A stretch of 64,000 nucleotides of DNA from Malacoraja senta (lineage: Eukaryota): assembly GCA_038087875.1 (NCBI GenBank), contig CM075979.1, forward strand, positions 77,004,001 through 77,068,000, given 5' to 3'. A model generated the notes under the pieces. It saw nothing but the letters and a program-made list of their open reading frames with translations. It made no database searches and had not been told where the DNA came from. Of this stretch, positions 1 to 12,617 are shown in pieces. The stretch's first letter is position 1. Every line of letters begins with the position of its first letter. The translations under genes and the position numbers were made by a program.

Positions 1-122
1 AGGGTTTCGGCCCGAAACGTTGCCTATTTCCTTCGCTCCATAGATGCTGCTGCACCCGCTGAGTTTCTCCAGCATTTTTGTGTACCTTCGATTTTCCAGC
101 ATCTGCAGTTCCTTCTTTAACA
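1..122 (+). mobile_element. 3' terminus (pLTR) of a Penelope-like element, cut by the window edge
   Basis: Nearly identical to 39520-39605 and to the reverse complement of 13597-13677. Contains the 3' half of the hammerhead motif (GGG-TTTCGG-CCC-GAAACGTT). Confidence 0.85.
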
Positions 123-231
123 ACCTGAAATATGAACTCCCTTTCTTTTCCCACAGATGACGCCTGTTTCAGCATGTTCTGTTTTTATTTTAGTTTTCCA
201 CTCTCTTTTTGTTTCGATTTTCATTTTGCAG

Positions 232-335
232 GTGATCTGGTGGAAGAATCTCCTTGGAGACCTTCTTGGTGCAATCTTGTAGATGAATCTGGCTGAGCTC
301 AGTACTTTGAGATTTTATCCTCGTTAAGCACAAAG
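232..335 (+). other. Candidate non-coding exon
   Basis: Long polypyrimidine tract plus TTTTGCAG acceptor (ends 231) and AAG|GTAAGC donor (336). All three frames contain stops. Confidence 0.35.
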
Positions 336-579
336 GTAAGCATAAAGCAGATGATTAAATAAAGTTGTAATCATTATATTTAGATAGTTCACTTTTTATA
401 CTTTGGTTTGGACGAGTGGCTCTGTAAAATTACATATTTACAATGGGAGCACATTTCCATTGTCAAGACATCCCTGAATATTCAAACCCATTTGCTGGGA
501 ATCCGGCCACCCCAAAACTGTAGAAACGAGGAACTGCAGATGCTGGTTTACAGAAAAAAGACACAAAGTGGTGGAGTAA

Positions 580-1633
580 AGCCCTTGTCACACTTGGGCG
601 ACCTAAACAGCAACCTCTGACGACCTTGCCCGCAACCATGGTCGCTGCAAGGTCACCACGAGGTCACAGGAGGTTTTGGTCACTCGCCTGGAAAGCCTCG
701 AGCTGGATCGACCGAAGCGCGAGCTGCATCTACAGACCGCACACACACACAAACACATCGTGAAGGTGGGGACCATGGAGAGCTGAGGAGCGCTATCTGC
801 ACGATGAAGAGGAAGGTAAACGGCTGCCACAGAGCACGGTAAGTCCTTTAGAGAGCGCGGGGGGGGAGAAGGGGAGAGAAGGAGAGAGAGGAGAGAGAAG
901 GCGAGCGAAGGAGAGAGAAGGAGAGAGAAGGAGAGAGAAGGAGAGAGAAGGGAAGAGAAGGGGNNNNNNNNNNNNNNNNNNNNNNNNNNNNNNNNNNNNN
1001 NNNNNNNNNNNNNNNNNNNNNNNNNNNNNNNNNNNNNNNNNNNNNNNNNNNNNNNNNNNNNNNNNNNNNNNNNNNNNNNNNNNNNNNNNNNNNNNNNNNN
1101 NNNNNNNNNNNNNNNNNNNNNNNNNNNNNNNNNNNNNNNNNNNNNNNNNNNNNNNNNNNNNNNNNNNNNNNNNNNNNNNNNNNNNNNNNNNNNNNNNNNN
1201 NNNNNNNNNNNNNNNNNNNNNNNNNNNNNNNNNNNNNNNNNNNNNNNNNNNNNNNNNNNNNNNAGGAGTGGAGACAGTTTTAAGGTTTAATAAAGTTTAG
1301 CGGGCATTTTACCTTCTAGGTCTTCTAGGTCGTGAAACTTCAATGAGCCAATCAAAATGGCCGGTCAGCGAAGGAGATTGCCTTCGACTGCCTGTAAGTA
1401 AATAGAGACCCCACTCCACTGGCTTCGACCAAATGGCAACCTATTTTTAGTCGAAGCCGGTTTTAAACACGTTGAAAAAAAAGCAGCGACCTCGATGAAG
1501 CCTCGACCACGCGGAAACCACTTTCGACCATTAGGGAGAGTGACCAAAACCTCTGGCGACCTCATGGAAACCTTGGGTCGCGGGCAAGGTCACCAGAGGT
1601 TTCTGTTCAGGTTACCTAAGTGGGACAGTGGCT
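580..1633. mobile_element. Non-autonomous PIF/Harbinger element H1 (contains a 300-N gap)
   Basis: Imperfect long TIRs AGCCCTTGTCACACTTGGGCGACC / GGTTACCTAAGTGGGACAGTGGCT. TAA TSD at 577-579 and 1634-1636. Removal restores host GGAG-TAA-CTCAGCGGG. Confidence 0.85.
964..1263. other. Assembly gap (300 N)
   Basis: N run next to a GAGAGAAG polypurine repeat. Confidence 1.
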
Positions 1634-2891
1634 TAACTCAGCGGGTCAGGCAGCAGATCTGGAGAACATGTATAGGTGACGCTGCAGGTCAGGACCCTTC
1701 TTCAGATTGATTGGGGTGGAGGGGTGGGAAAAGCTGGAAGAGAGGAGAGGCAGGACAAAGTCCGGCTATCTTTCACATCCCCTCCACTATTCCCCCCCCC
1801 ACCCACCCCCCCCCCCCCCCATATGCCTATCTCATGCCAGGCTTTGCCCTACCTCTCCTCTCTTCCAGTTTTCTTTACCACCCCCACCCCCCCACCCCCA
1901 CCAGCCTAAAGAATGGTGCCGATCTGAATCGTTACCTATCCATCTTCTCCAAAGATGCTGTCTGACCTGTTGAATTACTCCAGCAATTTGTGTCATTTTT
2001 CCTTTACCACTGTACAGAGGATTAGCTCTTGGAATTTTAAAAAAAAGCAAATATTGATTGAGAAGAAAAAACAACTTTTACCCGGTCACTTAAAGTGGCA
2101 CAACAACTAGTCCTGACCCCTACCTAATCTCATCCTGTAGGTTTCATGTTGTCCGACTAACATAATCACATTATCTCTTTCGGCCTTGTGTCTTTCAGTC
2201 TAAAGAAGTGTGCGACCCAAAATATTGCCCTTCCATTCCTTCCCAGATGCTGCCTTCTTCCTTCGTGTCCATGTTCCATGTTTCAAATGTTGACCGCTTT
2301 CATCGTCCGCCTTGAAAAAGACGCAAGTTTCCGACGACAATCAGTGGGAGGCCATCACCTGTTGCAATAGATGATGGTGGTAGCAGAATTACCTCGGGAT
2401 ACTCTCAGTTTCCAGCCCCGCGACGTGGATGCTTCTACTATGGGGCCATATGCTGCCTAACCTGCTGAGTTATTCCAGCACGTTGTGTTCTGCTTAAGAT
2501 TCCAGAATCTGCAGTTCCTTTTGTCTGTGCAATCATATTATCTATTGATTCAATGTATGATTCAATGGTGCAATGTCCCATCCCGTAATTACAATTGAAG
2601 TATTTGAAGACTAGTTCTTGTTTGTATTACTGGCACCTACCCCAATAGCTCCTGAATAAAGTTACTCAAGATGAGGAGCGGACATTTAAAATTCAAGTGC
2701 ATCAGAATTTCTTCTTACTGACTCCCTATAATTCTGTAAGCAAGAGGGTCATGGAAGCTGGATTATTGATGATAATTAAATTGGAAGATAAATATATGTT
2801 TGAAAAATCGGGGACTTGAGGGGCTATGAGGAGTTGTGATGGGGGCAGATCATATTGAATGGCAGGGCCGGACCAAGTGTCCTACTCCTCT

Positions 2892-3195
2892 AGTTTAGTT
2901 TAGTTTAGTTTAGAGTCTGGAAAAAGCACCTGCGGCCCACCGACTCCACCCTGACCGGCGTTCCCCGCACATTATCTTATACACACTAGGGACAATTTAA
3001 AATTATACCAAGCCAATTGGCCTACAAACATAAACGTGTTTGGAGTGTGGGAGGAAACTGGAGATCGCGGAGAAAACCCACGCTGTTGCAGGGAGAACGC
3101 ACAAACTCCATACAGACTTCACCTGGAGTCTGGATCAAACCCAGGTGTCTGGCGCTGTAAGGCAGCCACTCTATCACTGGGCCATCATGCCACCA
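2892..3195 (-). mobile_element. HE1-type V-SINE
   Basis: tRNA-like head, V-domain (GTTCTCCC...GGTTTTCTCC...TTTCCTCCCAC) and (TAAAC)n tail. Confidence 0.85.
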
Positions 3196-3574
3196 TATTC
3201 ATTGTAAAATGTAAACTAAATTTATGCACAACCCTTACAAAGAGTAACCATGGTATTAGTGGGCAAGATACGAGAAAGAGCAATACTGCTCATCTTCAGA
3301 CCAGTGGCATTGATTTATTTTTACATCCAGTTGTGAGTACAGATGTAATCCCGGATTTCCATCACAAATGCGGGCACCACGTGGAGGCGTTGTGCTCAAA
3401 TCCTTTGGTGCGATTTGAACGGCAAATCTTATGATGAAGAGGCAACTCCTGCTCCCATTTTCACGTGATTCTGTGAGAATTAATGATATGTGGAGCAAGG
3501 TGGTGGGACTTGGGGGGGGGGGGGGTGGGGAGTGTGGGGAAAGAACCACTCAGTGAGTGTGCCGCCTGGCTGTT

Positions 3575-3774
3575 NNNNNNNNNNNNNNNNNNNNNNNNNN
3601 NNNNNNNNNNNNNNNNNNNNNNNNNNNNNNNNNNNNNNNNNNNNNNNNNNNNNNNNNNNNNNNNNNNNNNNNNNNNNNNNNNNNNNNNNNNNNNNNNNNN
3701 NNNNNNNNNNNNNNNNNNNNNNNNNNNNNNNNNNNNNNNNNNNNNNNNNNNNNNNNNNNNNNNNNNNNNNNNNN
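3575..3774. other. Assembly gap (200 N)
   Basis: N run. Confidence 1.
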
Positions 3775-3775
3775 G

Positions 3776-4020
3776 GGTTTGGCCTCATATCCCTCCATAC
3801 ACCTGTCCAATCCCTGTCCACACCTGTCTAACTGTTTCTTAAATGTTGGGATTGTCCCAGCCTCAACTACCTCCTCTGGTAGCTTGTTCCATACACCGAC
3901 CATCCTTTGTGTGAAAAAGTTACCCCTCAGATTCCGATTAAATCTTTTCCCCTTCACCTTAAAACCTATGTCCTCTGGTCCTCGATTCACCCGCTCTGGG
4001 CAAGAGACTCTGTGCATCTA
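3776..4020 (-). mobile_element. CR1 LINE 3' fragment
   Basis: Translates as FKVKGKRFNRNLRGNFFTQRMVGVWNKLPEEVVEAG, a CR1 ORF2 C-terminus. Confidence 0.85.
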
Positions 4021-5424
4021 ACTAGTTTATCTGCTACTGCTTCGTGCAACTTTCCAGCTGATCGAGACCCCACTGTATCCGTAGAATCTTCTTCGCTATG
4101 GGCGACTCCACCAGTTTTTATATTATTTATTAAAATTGTATTGAAAGCTGAAATGCAAATACTTAATTAAAAGAATTGACTGAACTAAACAGCAGTGTAA
4201 CGAGGTTAATGAGCTGGCAATACTGCCAAGCTGTTTCTCATACATGGAGGTTCATTGCAGCCAAGTAAAGCGTGAGAGTGTTGTGCTCACCAGGTTACTG
4301 GTCCTATTCTGATCCCAGGTTCCGCTGCGTGCCTGGAGCAGAAAGCAAACTGCAGTTTGTTTCTTGCTCAAGGTTCCAGCATCTGCAGTCTCTTACAGTA
4401 TGCTTCCCCCGCATGTGCCTGCTCCTCGACAGCTTTGAAACGTGCCTGATCTAATTGGCTTCTGAACTCTTTGGTTTATCAGCAGTAATAAGAATCATGT
4501 TGCTTCAATCAAGAAAGGCAATGAACGAACGCCTCCTGATTTAAAGGCTCTACCATGGACTACATTGGAATTTTTACAGCAATGCTCTGGTTCCACTCTT
4601 GTCAATGCGAGCACTCTTGCATTGATTAACCTGCAGTCTAACCAATGTTTCGTACAGCTGCAACATGGTGTTTCACGTCCTATACCCAATGATTCACTCT
4701 ATGGAGGCATGCATACCAAACGCCTTTCTCACGTGGGTGGCCACTTTATGCAAGCTATGTCCATGTACTCCAGGATCTCCCAGTACATCAATGCTCCCAG
4801 GTCCCTGCCTGTTACTGTACATGTCCAGTTAGGATTTGACTTCCAAAAGGGCATTACCTCACACTTTCACACTGGACCAGCGAAAGGTACAAGGGTAAAT
4901 TCTACATTGGCCTTGCAACTGTGCCACTATTTTGAAGATGGTTCACCATCTCCGAAGTCCATTGGGACATCTTCAAGTTTGGAATGATGCACTGCAGCTG
5001 AGGTTTCCGGCAACATGTCTTAGCTGGTTCCTTGGTTGCACCCACTTTTCTCTGCTTCCAAAACCAATATTTCTCTCTTTCTCTGGTCTGATGAAGAGTC
5101 CCTCCTTGCTCTTTAACAGATGCTCCCAACCTACAGATTATTTCCAACATATACTGTTTCTATTTCAAGTTTCCATTCTGTCTGGTTCCATTAATCAAAG
5201 ACTCTTCTTCATTCAAGACAGTATTAAAATACCTGTATTTCTGTTGTCCCTTTTCTGGCAGCATCCCAAGAAACCTTGAATCATTGAAGTACATGGGCCA
5301 CATGATTCCCTTCAACTAACTCCCACGAACAGCAATGAAGGAAAGGCTCGAATATCAGATTGTGGAAAAAATATTGAGATACTGTTCTTCAAATGTGCGT
5401 CATTATTTACAAATAGATACAAAT

Positions 5425-5851
5425 TAGATTGAGGGGGGATCTTATAGAAACTTACAACATTCTTTAGGGGTTGGACAGGCTAGATGCAGGGGTTGGACAG
5501 CCTAGATGCAGGAAGATTATTCCCGATGTTGGGGAAGTCCAGAACAAGGGGTCACAGTTTAAGGATAAGGGGGAAGTCTTTTAGGACCGAGATGAGAAAC
5601 TCATTTTTTACACAGAGAGTGGTGAATCTGTGGAATTCTCTGCCACAGAAGGTAGTTGAGGCCAGTTCATTGGCTATATTTAAGAGGGAGTTAGATGTGG
5701 CCCTTGTGGCTAAAGGGATCAGGGGGTATGGAGAGAAGGCAGGTACAGGATACTGAGTTGGATGATCAGCCATGATCATATTGAATGGCGGTGCAGGCTC
5801 GAAGGACCGAATGGCCTACTCCTGCCCCTATTTTCTATGTTTCTATGTTTC
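5425..5851 (+). mobile_element. Young CR1 3' end, same subfamily as 42396-45053
   Basis: ORF 5484-5756 is nearly identical to the C-terminus of the 853-aa ORF. 3' UTR and (TTTCTATG)n tail. Internal 22-bp tandem duplication at ~5467-5510. Confidence 0.92.
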
Positions 5852-5854
5852 TAA

Positions 5855-6127
5855 ATAGGGGAAAAGATTTAATAGGAATCTGAGGGTTATCTTTTCCACA
5901 CAAAGGATGGTGTGTGTATGGAACAAGCTGCCCAATGCATTAGTTGAGGCTGGGACTATCCCGACATTTAAGAAACAGTTAGACAGGTACATGGATAGGA
6001 CAGGTTTGCAGGGATATGGACCAAACGCAGGCAGGTGGGAGTAGTGTAGCTGGGACACGTTGGCTGGTGTGGGCAAGTTGGGCCGATGGGCCTATTTCCA
6101 CACCGTATCACTCTCTCTATGACTCTA
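5855..6127 (+). mobile_element. CR1 3' fragment, second subfamily
   Basis: Same family as 3776-4020 and 24585-24925. Ends GGGCCTATTTCC...CTCTATGACTCT. Confidence 0.85.
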
Positions 6128-6269
6128 GATGGAAGTGGGCCACAAATACTACTCTGGTGAGTGGTGATCTTGGGGGTGGATGTTTCCCGTGGGGGAATGG
6201 GACAAAGGGTGATGGTACTGGGAAGAGCAATGTACTGGAGTGGGAGAATAGGACTGGAAAATTGCAAAT

Positions 6270-7895
6270 GTAACTCCACTGTTCAAGAAGGGAGCGAGGC
6301 AAACAAGGGGAATCTATAAGCTAGTTGATGATGATGATGATACTCAATAGCCTGGTAGCAGGTTAGCCTGACTTCAGTGGATGGTAATAGTCCATTATTA
6401 AGGATGAGGTTTCCTAGTATTTAAAAGCACGTGATAAAATAAGCCAAAGTCAGCATGGTTTTGTGAAGGGGATCTTGCCTGACAAATCTGTTGGGATTCT
6501 TTGAGGAAGTACTGTAAATAGATGGATAAACTAAGGAGAATCAGTGGATGTTATCGACTTGGATTTTCAGAAGGCCTTGATGAGGTGCTGCATGTGAGGC
6601 CTGCTAAATAAGAAGGGAACTGTGGTGCTAGAGGGAAGATGGATAGAAGCTTGGATTGAAGCAATGGCTGAATGGCAGAATGCAAAGAGTGTGAATAAAG
6701 GGGGGCTTTTCTGGTTGGCTGCAGGTGACCAGTGGTGTTCTGTGGGGGCCGGTGTTACAGTCAGGTACACTGCTTTTCACATTATGTACTGTATTCATGA
6801 TTTGGATAATGCAATTGATGGCTTTGTGGCCAGGTTTTGTGAATGATATGGAGGGGCAGGTTGTGTCGAGGAAGCAGGGAGTCTGCAAAGGACCTGGACA
6901 GTTTGAGTGAATGTGCAAAGAAGTGGCAGATGGATTACAGCGTAGCAAAGTGTGGAATCATGGAATTTTGGTAGTCAGAATAAAGGAGTAGAATATTGTC
7001 TAAATGGGGAGAGGATTCAGAAATCAGAAGTCATAAGGGCATAGGTGATAAGAGCAGAATTAGGCCATTCAGCCCATCAAGTCTACTCCACCATTCAATC
7101 ATGGCTCCACCATATCTCTCCCTCCGAATCCCATTCTCCTGCCTTCTCCCCATAACCCCTGCCACACATAGGTGCAAAAGGACTTGGGAATGTTGGTGCA
7201 GGATTCCCAAAAGGTTAATTTGTAGGTTGAATCAGCAGTAAGAAAGGCAAATTTAATGCCAGCATTCATTTCAAGAGGACTAGAATATTAAAGTAGTTAT
7301 GTAATGCTGAGTCTTTATATGGCACTGATCAGACTGCATTTGGAGTATTGTGAGGAGTTTTGGGCCCCATGTCTGAGGAGGCATGTCCTGGCATTGGAGA
7401 GGGTCCAGAGGAGGTTTACGAGAATGATCCCAGGGAAGATTGGGTTAACGTATGGTGAGCTTTTGCCGGTACAGGGAGCTTTTGACTGTACTGTACTTGC
7501 TGGTTTAGAAGGATGAAGGAGGGATCTCATTGAGAATTACTGAATAATGAAAGGCCTGGATAGAGTGGATGTGGAGAGGATTTTTCCACTAGTGGGAGTC
7601 TAGGACCTGAGGTCACAGCCTAAGAATAAAAGAACACACCTTTAGAAAAGAGATGAGGAGGAATTTCTATAGCTAGAAGATGGTGATTCTGTGGAATTTA
7701 TGGCCACAGACAGTGGTGGAGGCTGTCATTGGATATTTTAAAAACAGAGATTGATAGGTTCTAGATTAGTAAGCTTGTCAAAGGTTATGGGGAGAAGGGA
7801 GGAGAATGGGGTTGAGAAAGAAAGATAGACCTGGCATGATTGAATGGCGGAGCAGACTTGATGGATCGAATGGCCCAATTCTGCTCCTGGAACAT
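6270..7895 (+). mobile_element. Degenerate CR1 ORF2 RT region and 3' UTR, with a nested inverted CR1 3' UTR piece (~7030-7165)
   Basis: Frameshifted remnants of QHGF, LDFQKA, LYMALIRLHLEYC and ALERVQRRFTRMIPG. Confidence 0.85.
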
Positions 7896-9072
7896 AAACC
7901 TATAAACTTATAATTGGGAGAGGTGGTAATAGGGTGGAGAATGGATGTGGTGTGGGAAGAGAATAGAGAAGGGGTGGGACAGGAACATGGAATGGGAGAT
8001 CAAATGTGGAAGGGGAGAGGGAGATTGAAGGGGTAGTTTGGGAAGAGAGTGTGCATGTGAGATCAGTCCATATTCAGTAGAAACAAGAACACCTCCATCT
8101 ATATACCAGAGACTTCTTGGTCTTACTTTCCCTATTTTTTTCAATCTATTTCCCAATCTGCTCCTGCTGACAGCCCTAATGCCTATAGGATTTCATTCCT
8201 ACAGAGCTTTCGTATACAGTATTGAATTCCGAATTTAATTATTCCAACACTGAAACCAGGTGAAACATCTAACAATTAATCACCTTATTAGTGAAATTAA
8301 CAGTAGTTAAGTCACTGTCCAGTTGAAAGTCAACCGGCTGACATGCTCACCAGCAACATGAGTGTGAAAACCTGCCATCATCGAACGTAAGATGGGTCTT
8401 GAGAATCAAGTGCTTTTCTGTCTGGACATTAAAACATTTAATAACTCGTGTTTGCCTGAAACAGAGATGGAAATGTAATGTCTTACAAGGAGATATATTT
8501 CCAATGATGCAGCAATCGCACGGAACTGCACCAGAGTGTGTTCCCACTAAACATTAGTGACATCTGCTCTATCATTATCTGTCGCCATCATCCAGTGAAT
8601 GGGGAGATGTATGACAGAAACTGGGATTACGGGTGTTGGGAAGACGGAGAAGGAGGAAAAGAAAACATGATTGGAGTGAGAAGCACAGCAGGTATGACGT
8701 TCAAGCAAGCACCAACCGTTCTTAGACTCCCAACAGAGCTATGTGACAGATTGCATCTGCAGCTGAGCATACAAAGTATAGCCACTTCATAATTAGCGTG
8801 TAGTTATAGAATTAACAAAACAAGAACAAATGTTATTTCTAAATACCTGGGCTGCATATTATTAATGAACCACTTGCATTGTATAATTTTGCAATGGAAA
8901 AACACCAGACAATTAATCCTATATTATTAATAAATGGCATCTTAGAGTTCTGTTTTGTTGCAATTGTCCTTCATTATACATAATGCAATGTGTTAACATT
9001 CACAACGCAAAATTGTGAAACGTCTTGGAAAGGCATCAGTGAAATAATTAATAGTGGCTTTGAGGGAGGTTA

Positions 9073-9125
9073 ATATATTCCCATACAAGAAACTATATAC
9101 TGGATATATATTTATTGCTGGTTGA

Positions 9126-9163
<38 letters not shown>

Positions 9164-9285
9164 TATACACACACAAACACATGTTATATATATATGTACA
9201 TATAAATGTGTGCATGTGTATATTTATATATATCAACCAGCAATAAATATATATCCAGTATATAGTTTCTTGTATGGGAATATAT
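9073..9285. repeat. Perfect 60-bp inverted repeat around a TA/CA microsatellite spacer
   Basis: 9073-9132 is the exact reverse complement of 9226-9285. A partial third copy lies at ~9338-9370. Confidence 0.9.
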
Positions 9286-9292
9286 ATATTTA

Positions 9293-9330
<38 letters not shown>

Positions 9331-10009
9331 CGTATATATATATTTTTTATTGCTGGTTGATATATATATATATATATAAGTGTTCAGCACGGACTAGAAG
9401 GGCCGAGATGGCCTGTTTCCGTGCTGTAATTGTTATATGGTTATATGGTTATATATATATATAACAAAACTTGATGTGCATTTTATCACTTGCATTACCT
9501 TTCCACATAAACTATGGAACCTATCCGATGTTTATAAAACTGAAGGAAAAGCAGGTATATTAAATGCCTTTCAGTCATTGTGATTATAAATAATTTTTCT
9601 TCACCACAGCTGCATTCAGCATTCGATATAAGATGGAGAGGTCGATCCTTCAAATATTGACAAAGCAGACTTCTTTTGAAATAAAACATTGACCTGGAAA
9701 TTTAACCCTTCTCCAGTGACGCTACCTGAAACATATCTCTGGCACTTTCATTTGTTTTTAGATTCACAAAATCTGCAGTATCTTGTTTTTGAATGAATCT
9801 TGGCCCTCCTGTCAAAATTTCAATTGTGGTACCAAGGTTTGTCACATTTGCAATGCATCCCACTGAGAATGTATTGTGTGCTTTCAAGAGATCTGGCACT
9901 ATTGCAAGCATTATAAAAAAGTCTGCCTGGTGTAATGTCACAAGTGTATCTATTTGGGGAGGGGGTTGTTGCATAATGGTGCAGTTTGTAGTGTCTTTGG
10001 GTCATGCAG

Positions 10010-10425
10010 CTGAATAACACGGAAACAGGCCCATGAGTCCACCTTGTCCAAACCCAATCAAATTGGTATACTGCACTAGTTCCACTTGTCAACATTTAGC
10101 CCACAACTCTCTAAACCTTTCCTATCCATACATCTGTCCAAATGACTTTTAAAAGTGGTAATTGACTCTGCTTCTTCTGGCAGCTCATTCCAGATACAGA
10201 CTACCCTCTGAGTGAAAATGTTGCCCCTGAGGTTCCTCTTAAATCACTCCCCCCTCACCTTAAGCCTACGTCCTATAGTTTTAGAATTCTCTAACCTGGG
10301 CAAAAGTCTATGTGCGTTCAGTTTATCAATGACGCACATGATCTTGTACATCTCAATAAGGTCAACCTTCAGTCTGCAAAGTAAAAAGTCCCAGCCTATC
10401 CAACCACTCCCTATAACTCAAGCCT
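10010..10425 (-). mobile_element. Degenerate CR1 3' fragment
   Basis: Similarity to the other CR1 3' ends in the window. Confidence 0.7.
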
Positions 10426-10436
10426 GCAAGCCCAGA

Positions 10437-10750
10437 TTTCGTTAAGTTTAGTTTAGTTTTAGAGATACAGCATGGAAGCAGGCCCTTTGGCCATTGTCCA
10501 CTGACCAGCGATCGCCATACATTAGCACTATCCTACACATGAGGGACAATTTACAATTTTTACCAAAGCCAATTAACCTACAAACCTGTACGTCTTTGGA
10601 ATGGGGGAGGAAACTGGAGCTTCAAGAGAAAACCCACGCGGTCACGGGGAGAACATACAACTCTGAACAGACAGCTCCCATAGTCAGGATCGAATCCGGG
10701 TCCCTGCCGCTGTAAGGCAGCAACTCTACCACTGCACCACAGTGCCACCC
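10437..10750 (-). mobile_element. HE1-type V-SINE
   Basis: Full head, V-domain and tail. Confidence 0.88.
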
Positions 10751-11311
10751 TCAATGATAACTCTTCATATCGCCCCCTCTTGATAGCTTCCTCGAAAATG
10801 TATTTTGCACTCTTTGCAATCACATCCTTCCTATAGATGGATCATCAGTCTTGCACTCAATACTTCCAAGTGTGGTCTCACTTGTACAGTTATATCACGA
10901 TGTGCCAACCTTTCCATGTAATACCCTTCCCAACAAAGGCAAGCGTGGCAAACACCTTCTTCACCACACTGTCCACCTTACTTGCCAGAGAACCACGCAC
11001 CTGTACTTCCAGATCTCTCTTTTAGCAACACCCTTCAGGACTGCCTTTTACTGTCTAAGTCCTGCCCTGGTTCGACGTACGAAAGTGCAACACCTCACAC
11101 AAATCAGAGTTCAATTTATCCACCTAAAAGCAATTTAATTCGGCCAATCTCTCTTGTTTGATCATCTGTATATGATCTAAGACATCACAACTACTGAACC
11201 TCAATGCCTTAGCTTCCGTGATCTTCACAGTAAGAATGGATGAGAATCTCAATATATATGATAGAATATATATTAATGGCTTAATATAGTTAATGGATTA
11301 ATATATATATA

Positions 11312-11471
11312 NNNNNNNNNNNNNNNNNNNNNNNNNNNNNNNNNNNNNNNNNNNNNNNNNNNNNNNNNNNNNNNNNNNNNNNNNNNNNNNNNNNNNNNNN
11401 NNNNNNNNNNNNNNNNNNNNNNNNNNNNNNNNNNNNNNNNNNNNNNNNNNNNNNNNNNNNNNNNNNNNNNN
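11312..11471. other. Assembly gap (160 N)
   Basis: N run. Confidence 1.
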
Positions 11472-11547
11472 CATCTGTTATGGCTTTGCACAAAGACGGT
11501 TAGGCTGATCATTAAAAAGATCTATTCTTTCCTTAGCCACGCTTTCA

Positions 11548-11736
11548 CTCCACAGCCACTGAAGGCAGTGGAGGCCAATTCACTGGATGTATTCAAGAAA
11601 GAGATAGATATAGCTTTTAGGGCTAACAGAATCAAGGGATATGGGGAGAAAGCGGGAACAGGGTACTGCTTTTGGATGATCAGCCATGTCATATTGAATG
11701 GCGGTTCTGGCTCGAAGCACCTATTTTCTATGTTTC
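11548..11736 (+). mobile_element. CR1 3' end fragment
   Basis: VEANSLDVFKKEID...GYGEKAGTGY followed by 3' UTR. Confidence 0.8.
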
Positions 11737-12376
11737 TACTCTTAACGTTCCTATAGAAACTTTTCAGATTTTCCTTTACTTTGCCTGCCAGCTCCATTTC
11801 ATGTGGTCTTTTTTCCTTCCTGATTGGCTTCTTACACTCACAGAGGAAATCACTTCATCCCTAGCCCACATCTGACAGATGTTTCCCTGACTAACCCTCA
11901 ACATCTCTCGTCAACCAGGGTTTCCTATACCTTGCCTGCCTTGCCATGTTACCCTAACATGAACATGCTCCTCCTGCTTCTTGCTATCACACTTTTGAAA
12001 GCCTCCCACTGCCAAGTGTCCCTCATATGCTTCAGTTTCCTTACGCATCCAAAGGCGTACGGGTTGGTACATTGGTTGGCCACTGTAGATTGCTCCTCAC
12101 TTGTAGGTGAGTGGTAGAATCTGGGGAGAGCTGATGAAAAGTGAGGAGAATAAAATAAGAGCAGTATAGGAAGGAACTGCAGATGCTGGTTTACTCCAAA
12201 GATAGACACAAAATGCTGTCGTAACTCAGCGGAACAGGCAGCATCTGTGGATGGAAGGAATGCGTGACGTTTTGGGTCAAGACCCAAGAGCAGTACAGGA
12301 TTGGCGTAAATTGCCTGGTGATCGCTGTGGATCTGATAGGCTGAAGGGCCTGGGTCTTTCCTGACTACTGTTGCTG

Positions 12377-12617
12377 TCTCTACAGAGTTTGTACGTTCTC
12401 CCTGTGACCGCGTGGGATTTCTCCGGGAGCTCCGGTTTCTTCCCGTCCTCCAAAGACGTAGAGGTTTGAAGATTGATTTGCTTCAGGAATTGGATCATTG
12501 TAAAATTGTCCCTTGTGTGCAGGATCGTGCTAGTGCACGGGCCGATCGTCGGTTGGCACGGACTCGGTGGGCCGAAGGGCCTGTTTTTGCGCTGTATCTC
12601 TAAAACTACGAAACTAA
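12377..12617 (+). mobile_element. HE1-type V-SINE lacking the head
   Basis: V-domain and tail. Confidence 0.8.

Larger units (their letters stand above)
521..1997. mobile_element. PLE-terminus-derived inverted dyad repeat, interrupted by a Harbinger element
   Basis: Minus arm 521-579 continues at 1634-~1766. Plus arm ~1835-1997. Decayed hammerhead motif near 1675-1706 (-). Confidence 0.75.

Noticed and set aside
3480-4021. ORFs spanning N runs (also 11273-11512)
   Set aside because: Artefacts of assembly gaps
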